This document shows positions 9,702 through 17,919 of a DNA stretch of 64,000 nucleotides, piece after piece. Location: positions 8,099 through 72,098 of IMG/VR virus record IMGVR_UViG_3300033463_000093; one strand, written 5' to 3'. The notes under the pieces are model-generated. The model was not told the DNA's origin and made no database searches. It worked only from the letters and a program-made list of their open reading frames with translations. Each line of letters begins with the position of its first letter. Position 1 is the stretch's first letter. Both the position numbers and the translations under genes were made by a program. Origin of the DNA: a virus (lineage: Duplodnaviria > Caudoviricetes).

Positions 9702-9873
9702 GATTCTTCAAGTTTTTAGAGTTTGTACGTTCGATTTTCTTCCTTATTAGCCTGAGCCTCCTCGCATAGTTGTACTCACGGAGAGACGGGCTGCCGTTCT
9801 GTATGACGGAGACGCACCTGTCTATGAGGACGAGCATGCTGGCGTAGTCCGACTTGGAGATAGAGATTTGCAT
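9685..9873 (-). CDS. small hypothetical protein
   Basis: ORF track. Confidence 0.6.
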   Translation of the reverse strand: MQISISKSDYASMLVLIDRCVSVIQNGSPSLREYNYARRLRLIRKKIERTNSKNLKNHDKER

Positions 9874-10020
9874 GGCCTATCCGTAATAGAACTCTGGATA
9901 ATCTTCCATGTGTGTCACATGTTCGCGCCGCATGGCGTCTGCGAACCTTTTGCTTTGTGCCCTGTCAGGGCCGTTGTGATTGTTGAATTTTGTCATAATT
10001 TTTTAGAGTTAAAGAAAAAT

Positions 10021-10138
10021 TGTGCAGGAAGGGAGACTCGAACTCCCGTATCAGGACTTCAATTATGGCGAAGGAAATAAATGAATCTTATCAACTGACG
10101 TATGTCGCCTGACACGTTCTGCCTTTCGGACTTCCTGC
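10021..10138 (-). ncRNA. tRNA-like element with intact acceptor stem and T-arm and an expanded anticodon loop
   Basis: GCAGGAA/TTCCTGC acceptor; GGGAG-TTCGAGT-CTCCC T-arm; TGTCAGG/CCTGATA stem enclosing ~50 nt. Confidence 0.5.
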
Positions 10139-10380
10139 GGTTGCCCGTCTTTCCGGGCTGTCTTCAGGTAAGCTCCTGTTGTTTCGGTATAACATTGTTC
10201 CTGGGGACTTTCACCCCGCCCTATCCTTTTCGGGCTTATAATCGTTAGTCACTTGGCAGCCGTACGGCCACCTATATCTATTCTCGGTTGTAAATACTTT
10301 TTACTTGGTATATAAATTCTGTGTCAATAAGTCAAAGAACGATCCGCCTCTTGCGTACGGCTGGCGGAGCCGTTGTCTTT

Positions 10381-10485
10381 TCAGTCAGTCCTGATCCACT
10401 CGGACAGGACTATCGCCGCCATCATGAGCGCCACGAACAACATCGTTACGATGAAGGACATTACCGTTTCCTTGGTCTCGTTCAT
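10381..10485 (-). CDS. 34-aa hydrophobic membrane peptide
   Basis: manual translation MNETKETVMSFIVTMLFVALMMAAIVLSEWIRTD*. Confidence 0.5.
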   Translation of the reverse strand: MNETKETVMSFIVTMLFVALMMAAIVLSEWIRTD

Positions 10486-10486
10486 G

Positions 10487-10765
10487 TCATTTGCTGTTTA
10501 TGTATGCGAGATAGTTTTCTTTCAGCGTGTCCTCCTCGAAGGACCACCTTGTGCCAGGCCCCTCTCCGCTGCTGATGCCTCCGATGTAAGGTGCGATGCT
10601 GCGAAGCGTGTCCTTGGACAGCCCGAGACGTTCAGCCGCCTGTGCCGTCTTGAGGAGGCGTGACTTGCGTGGCGCCAGTTTCTCCATGCGCTTGAAGAAC
10701 CTGTCGTCTGAGAGCAGCAGGTCAACCACGGCCTCTGCCGTACGATGTATTTCGTATTCAGTCAT
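10487..10765 (-). CDS. HTH DNA-binding protein (excisionase-like)
   Basis: 'LLKTAQAAERLGLSKDTLR' MerR/Xis-type HTH; downstream of Cro-like gene. Confidence 0.65.
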   Translation of the reverse strand: MTEYEIHRTAEAVVDLLLSDDRFFKRMEKLAPRKSRLLKTAQAAERLGLSKDTLRSIAPYIGGISSGEGPGTRWSFEEDTLKENYLAYINSK

Positions 10766-10775
10766 AGTGCGGGGA

Positions 10776-10967
10776 TTACCAGATAACCTTCTTTGTCTCA
10801 ATGCCGCCATAGTTCTGTATGGCCAGGCGTCGGATTTTCTGTGCAGTGTCAGAGTTAGTAGAGTAGTTCAGTGCATTGTAGACCGATGCACGGCTCACGT
10901 TCATCTCGGCGCATATTGCACCGATAAATTCCTTTTTTACGGTAATAATATTTCTTTTTATTGGCAT
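10776..10967 (-). CDS. Cro-like HTH regulator
   Basis: 63 aa, 'ICAEMNVSRASVYNALNY' HTH; divergent from repressor. Confidence 0.75.
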   Translation of the reverse strand: MPIKRNIITVKKEFIGAICAEMNVSRASVYNALNYSTNSDTAQKIRRLAIQNYGGIETKKVIW

Positions 10968-11015
10968 AATAATAAATTTTTTATTGAAATTCTTGTAATA
11001 TTCAAAATTTGTTTG

Positions 11016-11023
11016 TACTTTTG
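11016..11023 (+). promoter_or_regulatory. Bacteroidetes -7 promoter box (rightward, repressor)
   Basis: TACTTTTG matches TAnnTTTG. Confidence 0.55.
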
Positions 11024-11078
11024 CAGCCTGGATTTAAATTTAGACGAGTCTTAGACATATAATTTATTAATTTCTTTG

Positions 11079-11086
11079 CAAAGATA
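11079..11086 (-). promoter_or_regulatory. Bacteroidetes -7 promoter box (leftward, lytic)
   Basis: TATCTTTG on minus strand. Confidence 0.6.
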
Positions 11087-11154
11087 AGAAAAATCTTTTT
11101 AATAACAAAAGTAATTGGCATAAAATTAACATCTTTTATAAAGATAATTCTGTT

Positions 11155-12114
11155 ATGGATAAGAAAGAACGCTTTAATAAGGCGTACGGCTTCTTAAAAT
11201 ACGAAGGAGTCATAAAGAAACAGGAGGACGTGGCCAGGGCGATGGGCGCCTCTCCCTCAAACGTATCGAGCGCCCTGAAGGGAAGGGAGGCCGTGCTCAC
11301 GGACAACTTCCTGATGCGCTTTGCGAATGCCTTCAAGCAGATATCACTGACATGGCTCCTGAACGAGGAAGGGCCGATGTTGACTGTCGTGCCTGAGTTC
11401 AAGGACGAGAACATGCCGCAGGTGCTTGAGGGCAACGCTGACAAGGACGTCGTCGCAGAGCAGAGCAAGATGACCGAGAGGATCAGGAGTCTCATACACG
11501 AGAAAGGACACCTCCCCAAGACGTTCGCGCTTGAGGCGAACATAGAGGTCTCTCTGTTCCTTCGCAAGATGAAGGGAGACATCGTATGGTCTGTTGCCGA
11601 CGTACACAAGATATGTGATGCGTTCCGTGTCAGGAAGAGCTGGCTCGTCGACGGTGACGGACAGAAGTACCGACTGCCGCAGGAGGTGCTGGAGACCATA
11701 CCCGCACGGTCTAACAACGCGCGCGTAGGCGTACCTTATTTTAACGTGGACTTCGAAATGGGCTACGACGTCATGATAAACGACCAGACGACGAACCCCG
11801 AGTACATGATAAACTTTTTCCCATACAACAAGGCCGACTGCTGGTGCAACGCACGGGGCGACTCCATGCACCCGACGATATCCAGCGGTGACCTCATCGC
11901 CATCAAGGAGGTGCGCGACCCGATGTCCTGCCTCATCAGCGGTGAGATATACGCCATCGTCACGACGAACGACATGCGTACCATCAAGCGTGTGCGAGAC
12001 AACGGGGAGACGGTCACCCTTATCCCAGATAACAAGGACTATCCGGAGCAGACCATATCAAAGTCGTTGATACTGAAGGTTTACAGGGTGCTCGGGAGCA
12101 TGAAGACTTTCTGA
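11155..12114 (+). CDS. cI: CI/LexA-like repressor with S24 autopeptidase domain
   Basis: N-terminal HTH (KQEDVARAMGASPSNVSSAL), second HTH-like block, S24 'ARGDSMHPTISSGD' and 'RTIKRV'. Confidence 0.9.
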   Translation: MDKKERFNKAYGFLKYEGVIKKQEDVARAMGASPSNVSSALKGREAVLTDNFLMRFANAFKQISLTWLLNEEGPMLTVVPEFKDENMPQVLEGNADKDVVAEQSKMTERIRSLIHEKGHLPKTFALEANIEVSLFLRKMKGDIVWSVADVHKICDAFRVRKSWLVDGDGQKYRLPQEVLETIPARSNNARVGVPYFNVDFEMGYDVMINDQTTNPEYMINFFPYNKADCWCNARGDSMHPTISSGDLIAIKEVRDPMSCLISGEIYAIVTTNDMRTIKRVRDNGETVTLIPDNKDYPEQTISKSLILKVYRVLGSMKTF

Positions 12115-12182
12115 CAGAATAATACAATAGTAATACGCATGCGACGAAAACAGCAGGTAACCGACTGAGAACCAGCTTCCGC

Positions 12183-12205
12183 TTCAATTCCCCTATCGAC
12201 TACAA
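12183..12205 (+). other. candidate attP core resembling the 3' end of a tRNA
   Basis: TTCAATTCCCCTATCGACTACAA resembles T-loop + 3' acceptor strand; lies between cI and int; flanked by GTAATAC repeats. Confidence 0.45.
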
Positions 12206-12394
12206 GGTGGTGCGGAAGCACCACTTTTGTTTTGCCCGTAAACAAAGGGTTTCTCGCCTGAAACGTCGATATACAAAGGATTCCACGGAATACAACCCTC
12301 AGATTTTAGTTGCGAAAAGTGTCGTTTAGTATGGCCAAGTTGCATCAAAAGTAATACAAATAGTAATACACTCTCACAAAAAATGTAATACACT

Positions 12395-13570
12395 ATGTTA
12401 GTACCAAAGATAACATTCGTGTTCGACCGCCGTGGAAAGGCGGACAGGACGCACAAGGGGAGCATCGAGCTCAGGATAACGTGGCAGAGGAAGCAGAAGT
12501 TCATCTCCACGGGCATCACCGTCTTCCCCAATCAGTGGAAGGGCGGCAACCCGTACGTCTCCGGTTACGAGACGTCAGGCGAGGACAACAGGATGCTCTC
12601 CGCCCTCTGGAGCCGTGCCCACAAGATCGTGTCGGAGCAGGTGGAGAGCGGCGAGATAGACCTCGATGCCATTCCGAGGATGCTCAAGCCCGGCGAGGGC
12701 GCTGGCATCACATTGCTACAGTATATCACCAGGCGCCTTGAAAGGCAGAACGTGCAGGAGTCGACATACCGACAGAAGGTGACGTTCTACAACAAGCTGC
12801 ATGAGTACGGCAGGATAAGGCTCTTCTCCGATGTCTCAGAGAAGGCCGTCCGTGATTTCGACGAGTGGCTGCACGCCTACGAGTGGACCGAGAGCGACAA
12901 GTTCGGCAACGAGGTCAGGAAGAAATACTCGCAGGCCACCATCGGCTCGTTCCACAAGAACCTCAAGGCGTTCATAGCGGATGCCGTCGTCGACGGATAC
13001 CTCAAGGAGAACGTGTATGTCGCAAGACGCATCAAGGTGGACAAGGGTACGACGAGGATAGACCAGTACCTGACGGCAGAGGAGATATCCCGCCTGCTTG
13101 CCGCAGACATGCCGACAAAGTCGCTCGCAGAGGCGCGAGACCTGTTCGCCGTACAGATTCTGACGGGCATGGCGTACATAGACCTTATGGAATATGACTT
13201 TGCCAGACTAAAAGACATGGAAGTCGGTTCGGTGTGCCACGGAAGGCGGCGGAAGACTGGTACGGAGTTCGTGTTCGTGTTTACCGAGAAGGCGAGGGAC
13301 ATCCTTGAGAGGTACGACTACCTTCTTCCGAAGGTCAGCAACCAGAAGTACAACACGAAGCTGAAGCTTGTGGCCGACGCGGCAGGCATAGACAGGCCGA
13401 TCACGAGCCACGACGGACGCAGGAGCTGCGGTTATGTGCTGCTGAATGCAGGCGTTCCCATCGAGGTGGTCAGCAGGGTTCTCGGACACTCGAGCATCAG
13501 CCAGACGGAACAGGCGTACGCAAGGATACTTGACGAGACGGTGGTAAAGGAAATTGGTAAGGTCATTTAG
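12395..13570 (+). CDS. int: tyrosine integrase (Bacteroidetes type, arm-binding N-terminus)
   Basis: catalytic HxxR (HDGRRS), LGHS, Tyr in 'EQAYARI'; N-terminal arm domain. Confidence 0.92.
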   Translation: MLVPKITFVFDRRGKADRTHKGSIELRITWQRKQKFISTGITVFPNQWKGGNPYVSGYETSGEDNRMLSALWSRAHKIVSEQVESGEIDLDAIPRMLKPGEGAGITLLQYITRRLERQNVQESTYRQKVTFYNKLHEYGRIRLFSDVSEKAVRDFDEWLHAYEWTESDKFGNEVRKKYSQATIGSFHKNLKAFIADAVVDGYLKENVYVARRIKVDKGTTRIDQYLTAEEISRLLAADMPTKSLAEARDLFAVQILTGMAYIDLMEYDFARLKDMEVGSVCHGRRRKTGTEFVFVFTEKARDILERYDYLLPKVSNQKYNTKLKLVADAAGIDRPITSHDGRRSCGYVLLNAGVPIEVVSRVLGHSSISQTEQAYARILDETVVKEIGKVI

Positions 13571-13598
13571 CCTTACCAATCCTTACCGGCGCCTTACC
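13553..13598. repeat. 10-bp inverted repeat with 8-bp spacer plus two extra CCTTACC repeats
   Basis: ATTGGTAAGG-TCATTTAG-CCTTACCAAT; CCTTACC at 13571, 13581, 13592. Confidence 0.6.
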
Positions 13599-13908
13599 GA
13601 TGGGGCTGTTCCGCCCCACCCTCTTCACATTCCCTGAGCTTTTCCTTGAGCCATTCTATGTGGGCGCTGAGGCGCCTGCACTCGCGCCTTTTCTCGACAA
13701 GCTTCTCGTAATAGGCGTCTCTCGACACCTGTGCCTTTGCAAGCCTGTCGCCCTGAGCCTCTATCTTCTGCTCAAGCGACCTGGCATAGGCTGCGAGGCG
13801 GTCGTTCTGTTCGAGCAGCCATCTGTAGTGCTCGATGATGTGCTTCATCCGCTGCTCGTAGGGCAGGTCGTCCTGCGGCCTGCGCCTGGATCCTGTTTCA
13901 ATGTTCAT
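13594..13908 (-). CDS. coiled-coil hypothetical protein
   Basis: start re-called at MNIETGS, just after the recombinase stop. Confidence 0.6.
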   Translation of the reverse strand: MNIETGSRRRPQDDLPYEQRMKHIIEHYRWLLEQNDRLAAYARSLEQKIEAQGDRLAKAQVSRDAYYEKLVEKRRECRRLSAHIEWLKEKLRECEEGGAEQPHR

Positions 13909-13916
13909 ATTTTGTC

Positions 13917-14873
13917 TTATTGGTTTTCCTCTGTCTTCGGCTGGAAGTACGAGAACGCTGCCGGCGACACCTGCCGCTCTGCGCAGATGTACCGCTTGGT
14001 CGTCTCGATGTTCTTGCCGTGCCCCATCATCAGGGCGATGTCCTCGATGGGGACGTATGCGAGGTACAGGTTGGTGGCGAAGCTGCGCCTGCCCGTGTGG
14101 GCTGAGACGAACTGCCATTTCGGTCCCGTCACCTCCTCGTCCTCCCTGTTTATCGTCACGTTCCTGTTGATCCTGCACGCCTTGCAGATGCGCCTGACGT
14201 AGTCGTTGAACACGTCAGGGCAGCACTCGCGCCTGTATCGGTCCGCGAGGAAGTTGCGCAGCGACATCCCCTCGTCGACAGGAACGTTCACGACGATCTT
14301 CGGCGTCTTCTTCGGGATGTAGGATATCATCTGCGTGTCGATGTTGCAGTTGTCGATGGTGAAGCGTATGGCGTCGCAGTAGCGTGCGCCCGTGAGGCAC
14401 ATCACGACGAAGTTGCGTCGCACGAACCTCTCTATCTCTCCCACCACCGTGTAGTTCATGATGCGCTGTATCTCCTCGCGCGTCAGGTAGACGTGTTGTG
14501 ACACGCTGCCCTTGATGGTCAGCTTGCGCATGTATTCCTCTGACGGGACCTTGCGCCTGTTGTCGTTGATGACGGCCTTCAGCTCTGCGCATATCGTCTT
14601 GACGGAGGAGGACTTCATGTTGCTGTCCTGCATGGAGAAGACGAAGTCGTCGAGGGTGTCGTCGGTGAGGTCTTCCCATACGGGGACGTGGCCGACGATC
14701 TCCTTGAGCCGGTCAAGCGTCTTCGTGCGCCCGGGCCAGTCATGGATGAACTTGCCTACGAAGGTGTGCCAGAAAAACTGTGGCGCATCCTCGTAGCCGT
14801 CGAAGTATCCAGCCCTGATGGCAGCCTGGTACTTCAGGTTCTTTTCGTAGGATAATCCTTTGATTTCTATCAT
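13917..14873 (-). CDS. second tyrosine recombinase (phage integrase family, no arm domain evident)
   Basis: 'LTGARYCD', 'AHTGRRSFATNLY', 'MMGH', 'TTKRYI'. Confidence 0.88.
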   Translation of the reverse strand: MIEIKGLSYEKNLKYQAAIRAGYFDGYEDAPQFFWHTFVGKFIHDWPGRTKTLDRLKEIVGHVPVWEDLTDDTLDDFVFSMQDSNMKSSSVKTICAELKAVINDNRRKVPSEEYMRKLTIKGSVSQHVYLTREEIQRIMNYTVVGEIERFVRRNFVVMCLTGARYCDAIRFTIDNCNIDTQMISYIPKKTPKIVVNVPVDEGMSLRNFLADRYRRECCPDVFNDYVRRICKACRINRNVTINREDEEVTGPKWQFVSAHTGRRSFATNLYLAYVPIEDIALMMGHGKNIETTKRYICAERQVSPAAFSYFQPKTEENQ

Positions 14874-14881
14874 ATCCGGTG

Positions 14882-14889
14882 CAAATTTA
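14882..14889 (-). promoter_or_regulatory. -7 promoter box of second recombinase (near-leaderless)
   Basis: TAAATTTG ends 9 nt upstream of the ATG at 14873. Confidence 0.6.
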
Positions 14890-14924
14890 ATAATATTATT
14901 TTAAATACATGAAAATTCGGTTGT

Positions 14925-14960
14925 AAAAAGTGAGGCGGAGGGGACTTCACACCCCTCCCG
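14925..14960 (-). terminator. probable intrinsic terminator of the leftward accessory array
   Basis: GGAGGGG/CCCCTCC stem followed by a T-run on the minus strand. Confidence 0.45.
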
Positions 14961-15002
14961 TGGCCGATTCGGACGGCACAGCCCCCAGTGGTGAGACACC
15001 GT

Positions 15003-15308
15003 TCATCCCGTCTCGACGTACGGGGTCATGTCGCATGCGGACACGATGTCCTGCCATACGCCTGTGATGTCGTCGTCCCATTCCCCGTCGCCGTGCTGCT
15101 GTATGAGCCCGCACTCGGAGGTCATCGGGAACGAGTACACGACGAACGGGTGCATCGCCCCGTCGTCATCCTCGAACAGGTGCTTCGAGAACGAGAGCGA
15201 GTAGGATATACCGTCGCAGCTCTCGCACTTCATCCTCCACACCGATTCGTCGTCAGGGAGCCTGATGATCCTGTCCCTGAACTCTTCAAAAGTGAGATAA
15301 TGTTTCAT
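15003..15308 (-). CDS. hypothetical protein
   Basis: ORF track. Confidence 0.65.
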   Translation of the reverse strand: MKHYLTFEEFRDRIIRLPDDESVWRMKCESCDGISYSLSFSKHLFEDDDGAMHPFVVYSFPMTSECGLIQQHGDGEWDDDITGVWQDIVSACDMTPYVETG

Positions 15309-15332
15309 AATGTTGTCTGTAAACGTGGCAAA

Positions 15333-15791
15333 TCAGTGCCACTCTGTGTAGCATGCGTCCATGTTGTCCGCCATTGATTCGATGATTTCCTCGATCTCGT
15401 CCTGCGAGAGGTCTTCCTCCTTGCGGCCTTCGCCCTCGTCCTCAAGATAGGAGTCGATGTCTTGCTTGTAGATGCGGTAGCGCCGGAAGTGCTCCATGTC
15501 GGGCACTCCCATTATCTTCATTGCACACTCGTTGCTGCATGCGTATCCGCAGCAGTCGAGATACCATCCCTCCTCCATGATGGCTCCGCAGTTGGAGCAT
15601 ATACGGCACGAATCCACGTCGAGCCATGATATGAGGATTTCCTCACGGGACTTTCTGGATCCTTCCTCGATAGCCTTTTCGACGGCAGGGAAGACGGTTC
15701 CGAAGGCTTCGTCTCCGACAAGCTGTCTGACCTTTTCCTTGATTTCGTCATAGCAATGAGCAGAAACCATTTTGTTAAGTTTTTTTTCCAT
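15333..15791 (-). CDS. Zn-finger-containing hypothetical protein
   Basis: CRICSNCG...CCGYACSNEC. Confidence 0.7.
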   Translation of the reverse strand: MEKKLNKMVSAHCYDEIKEKVRQLVGDEAFGTVFPAVEKAIEEGSRKSREEILISWLDVDSCRICSNCGAIMEEGWYLDCCGYACSNECAMKIMGVPDMEHFRRYRIYKQDIDSYLEDEGEGRKEEDLSQDEIEEIIESMADNMDACYTEWH

Positions 15792-15856
15792 ATTCGTTTA
15801 TTTTTTGGGGTTAATGGTATCATCTTCCTGATGTCAGGAAAATGATAAAGAGACTT

Positions 15857-16486
15857 CTACCAGCTCATGATGACGAACATCCTGTCTTTGTCGTCGGTCC
15901 ACTTGTCCAGCATCTCCGCGCACTCGGTGATGATTTTCTTCACCTGATATGTGTAGTATGCCTTGTCGTAGTCCGTTCCTCCGAAGAAGAAACCGCCCTG
16001 CGTCGGAAGTTTTGCATACGAAAAGCCTTCGTCGCGCTGCGACAGCACATCGGTGGCCGTATGGATGAGCGTGATCAGGTCTGACTTGTAGACCTCGCAC
16101 ATCTCGTTCTCAAGCCTGTCGCTGAAATAGTTGTAGACGCTGTTCACCTTTCTGAAGTACCCTGCGAGCGGCTTCGAGAACCACTCCCAGTTTATGCTTT
16201 CGTACCATCTCCTTGCCTCCTCGATTGTCTTGGCCTTCTCAAGCGGCTCGAGCTCGAACTCGCAGTCGAAATACTCGCCAAGCAGTTCATGGCGAAGACT
16301 CATGATCTGGTACTCAGCATTCTTGTCGTCCATCTCGGCAAGCCTGCCCTCGATGAACTCTTTCGTTACCTTTGCGAAGTCCCTGTCCTGTTTTTCGTTC
16401 ACAGACTCATAGTACTTCTCAACACTCTCGTTCTTTCTCATCTTCCGTGGATGATGAATCAACTTGAAATAAATATCCAATCCCAT
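15857..16486 (-). CDS. conserved phage hypothetical protein
   Basis: 'MGLDIY...GYFRKVNSVYNYF...LPTQGGFFFGGTDYD...MSW' pattern. Confidence 0.75.
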   Translation of the reverse strand: MGLDIYFKLIHHPRKMRKNESVEKYYESVNEKQDRDFAKVTKEFIEGRLAEMDDKNAEYQIMSLRHELLGEYFDCEFELEPLEKAKTIEEARRWYESINWEWFSKPLAGYFRKVNSVYNYFSDRLENEMCEVYKSDLITLIHTATDVLSQRDEGFSYAKLPTQGGFFFGGTDYDKAYYTYQVKKIITECAEMLDKWTDDKDRMFVIMSW

Positions 16487-16563
16487 AATTGTAAAGTTTT
16501 TTAATCGGTCATTTTAAAGAAATAGTTACAAGCCCCCTCATCGTTAAAAAGGTGGTGAAGAGA

Positions 16564-16968
16564 CTAAATGTTAAATGTTTCGCGTAGCCAGTTGTCAAGT
16601 TCGTAAGCGTCGATATGGAATTTCTTCCATGCCTCCCACGACTTTTTGCATCCGTCATAAGCGTCAATACATTCGGATACTTTTTCGAAGCCGAACTCAG
16701 CCTGAAAGTCGTCGATGTTCTTGCAGTTGTCATAATCAATGGCTTCGGACAGGAACATTTCAAACGCCTCTATGAGCTCTTTTCTTACCATCGGCTTGTG
16801 CGTCCTCGTGTTACCCCAGAAATCGAACGTGTAAACGGCCTCGTTTGCTGATACCGTAACTTTAAAGTGCTTCTTTTTGAATCCGTGACTCCACTTAGGG
16901 CAGTCTTCACCTACAAAACGCGCTTTTACGCATATAGGTGTGTCGCTGTAGTTGATGATTGTTGCCAT
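16564..16968 (-). CDS. hypothetical protein
   Basis: ORF track; ends in TAGTCT element. Confidence 0.7.
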   Translation of the reverse strand: MATIINYSDTPICVKARFVGEDCPKWSHGFKKKHFKVTVSANEAVYTFDFWGNTRTHKPMVRKELIEAFEMFLSEAIDYDNCKNIDDFQAEFGFEKVSECIDAYDGCKKSWEAWKKFHIDAYELDNWLRETFNI

Positions 16969-17025
16969 AATATATCTGTTTGGTTAAATAATTGTAAGCC
17001 CGTCGTTTCCGATGGGCTTTGGAGA

Positions 17026-17865
17026 CTAAACGAACCACAGGTTTTTGTCGGAACGCTCGACATAGAAGAGATGCGTGTACGTCTTTCCCGTCACATAGGC
17101 GTTCCATGCCTTGATGACAAGTTTCTGAACGACGAATCCTGGCAGTCTCTTGAGGAGGCTCCTCTTGCTCTCGTTGAGCTTCTGCTGAAGGAGCGTGATG
17201 ACGCTGTGCGACGGATTCTTGAGACCCTCGATCTCGTTGAAGAACGACATGACGGTGTCTTCCGGATGCTTCTTCTCAAGGATGAGGTAGGACGAGATGC
17301 CGCCGATGTCTGAGCCCTTGAGCAGCTTCCATCTTCCCTTTGCAGCAATCTTCGACGATGTCTTCCCGATGTTGTTCCAGAAGTCCTTTTTCGAGTTGAA
17401 CTCGTCTTCGATCTCTGCATTCGACGTTCTGTCTGAGCCGGCCATCTCATTCATGACAGTGTAGTTGTTCTTCAGCTTTAAGAACCTGCGTATCGAAGCC
17501 GAGACGAGCGCAGCGTTTGGCACGTCCTGTACATAGAGGATGTCTGCCGCAGTCCTGTTCTTTCCGTTGTCCATGATGATGTAGGACTCGTTTGGCATGT
17601 TGCGGCACACGATGCACGGCATGGGCACGTTCGACCTTACGCAAGCGGTTAGGCGGTGCTGTCCGTTGAGCAGGATGCCGTTCGTGCCGAAGCAGATGGC
17701 GTCGTTGCTGAGAACGAACAGATGGTTCTTCAGCAGCCTCTGATAGAGACTGACTGTTTTCTCGTCAAGTTTCCTGTTCGAGATGTTGTGGGTTAGAAAC
17801 TCCTGTGCCATTGATGGCGTTACAAGCATTACCTGCGTGCTGATTCTTTCAAATTCTTTTTCCAT
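17026..17865 (-). CDS. ParB/Srx-like N-terminal domain protein
   Basis: 'VTPSMAQEFL..N..NRKL' and 'LLNGQHRLTA' motif. Confidence 0.7.
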   Translation of the reverse strand: MEKEFERISTQVMLVTPSMAQEFLTHNISNRKLDEKTVSLYQRLLKNHLFVLSNDAICFGTNGILLNGQHRLTACVRSNVPMPCIVCRNMPNESYIIMDNGKNRTAADILYVQDVPNAALVSASIRRFLKLKNNYTVMNEMAGSDRTSNAEIEDEFNSKKDFWNNIGKTSSKIAAKGRWKLLKGSDIGGISSYLILEKKHPEDTVMSFFNEIEGLKNPSHSVITLLQQKLNESKRSLLKRLPGFVVQKLVIKAWNAYVTGKTYTHLFYVERSDKNLWFV

Positions 17866-17919
17866 ACTCTTATAATTTTAGGGGGTTAAACGTAGAGGGC
17901 GGATGTCCGCCCTAAAAGA

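Noticed and set aside
10021-10138. Functional tRNA or tmRNA gene
   Set aside because: No 7-nt anticodon loop, a degenerate D-arm and no CCA. It is too short for tmRNA and has no convincing tag ORF or pseudoknots.
10200-10235. FMN riboswitch (AGGGCGGGGTGAAAGTCCCC resembles its P2 hairpin)
   Set aside because: Only one hairpin matches. The remaining conserved FMN blocks and any riboflavin gene are absent.
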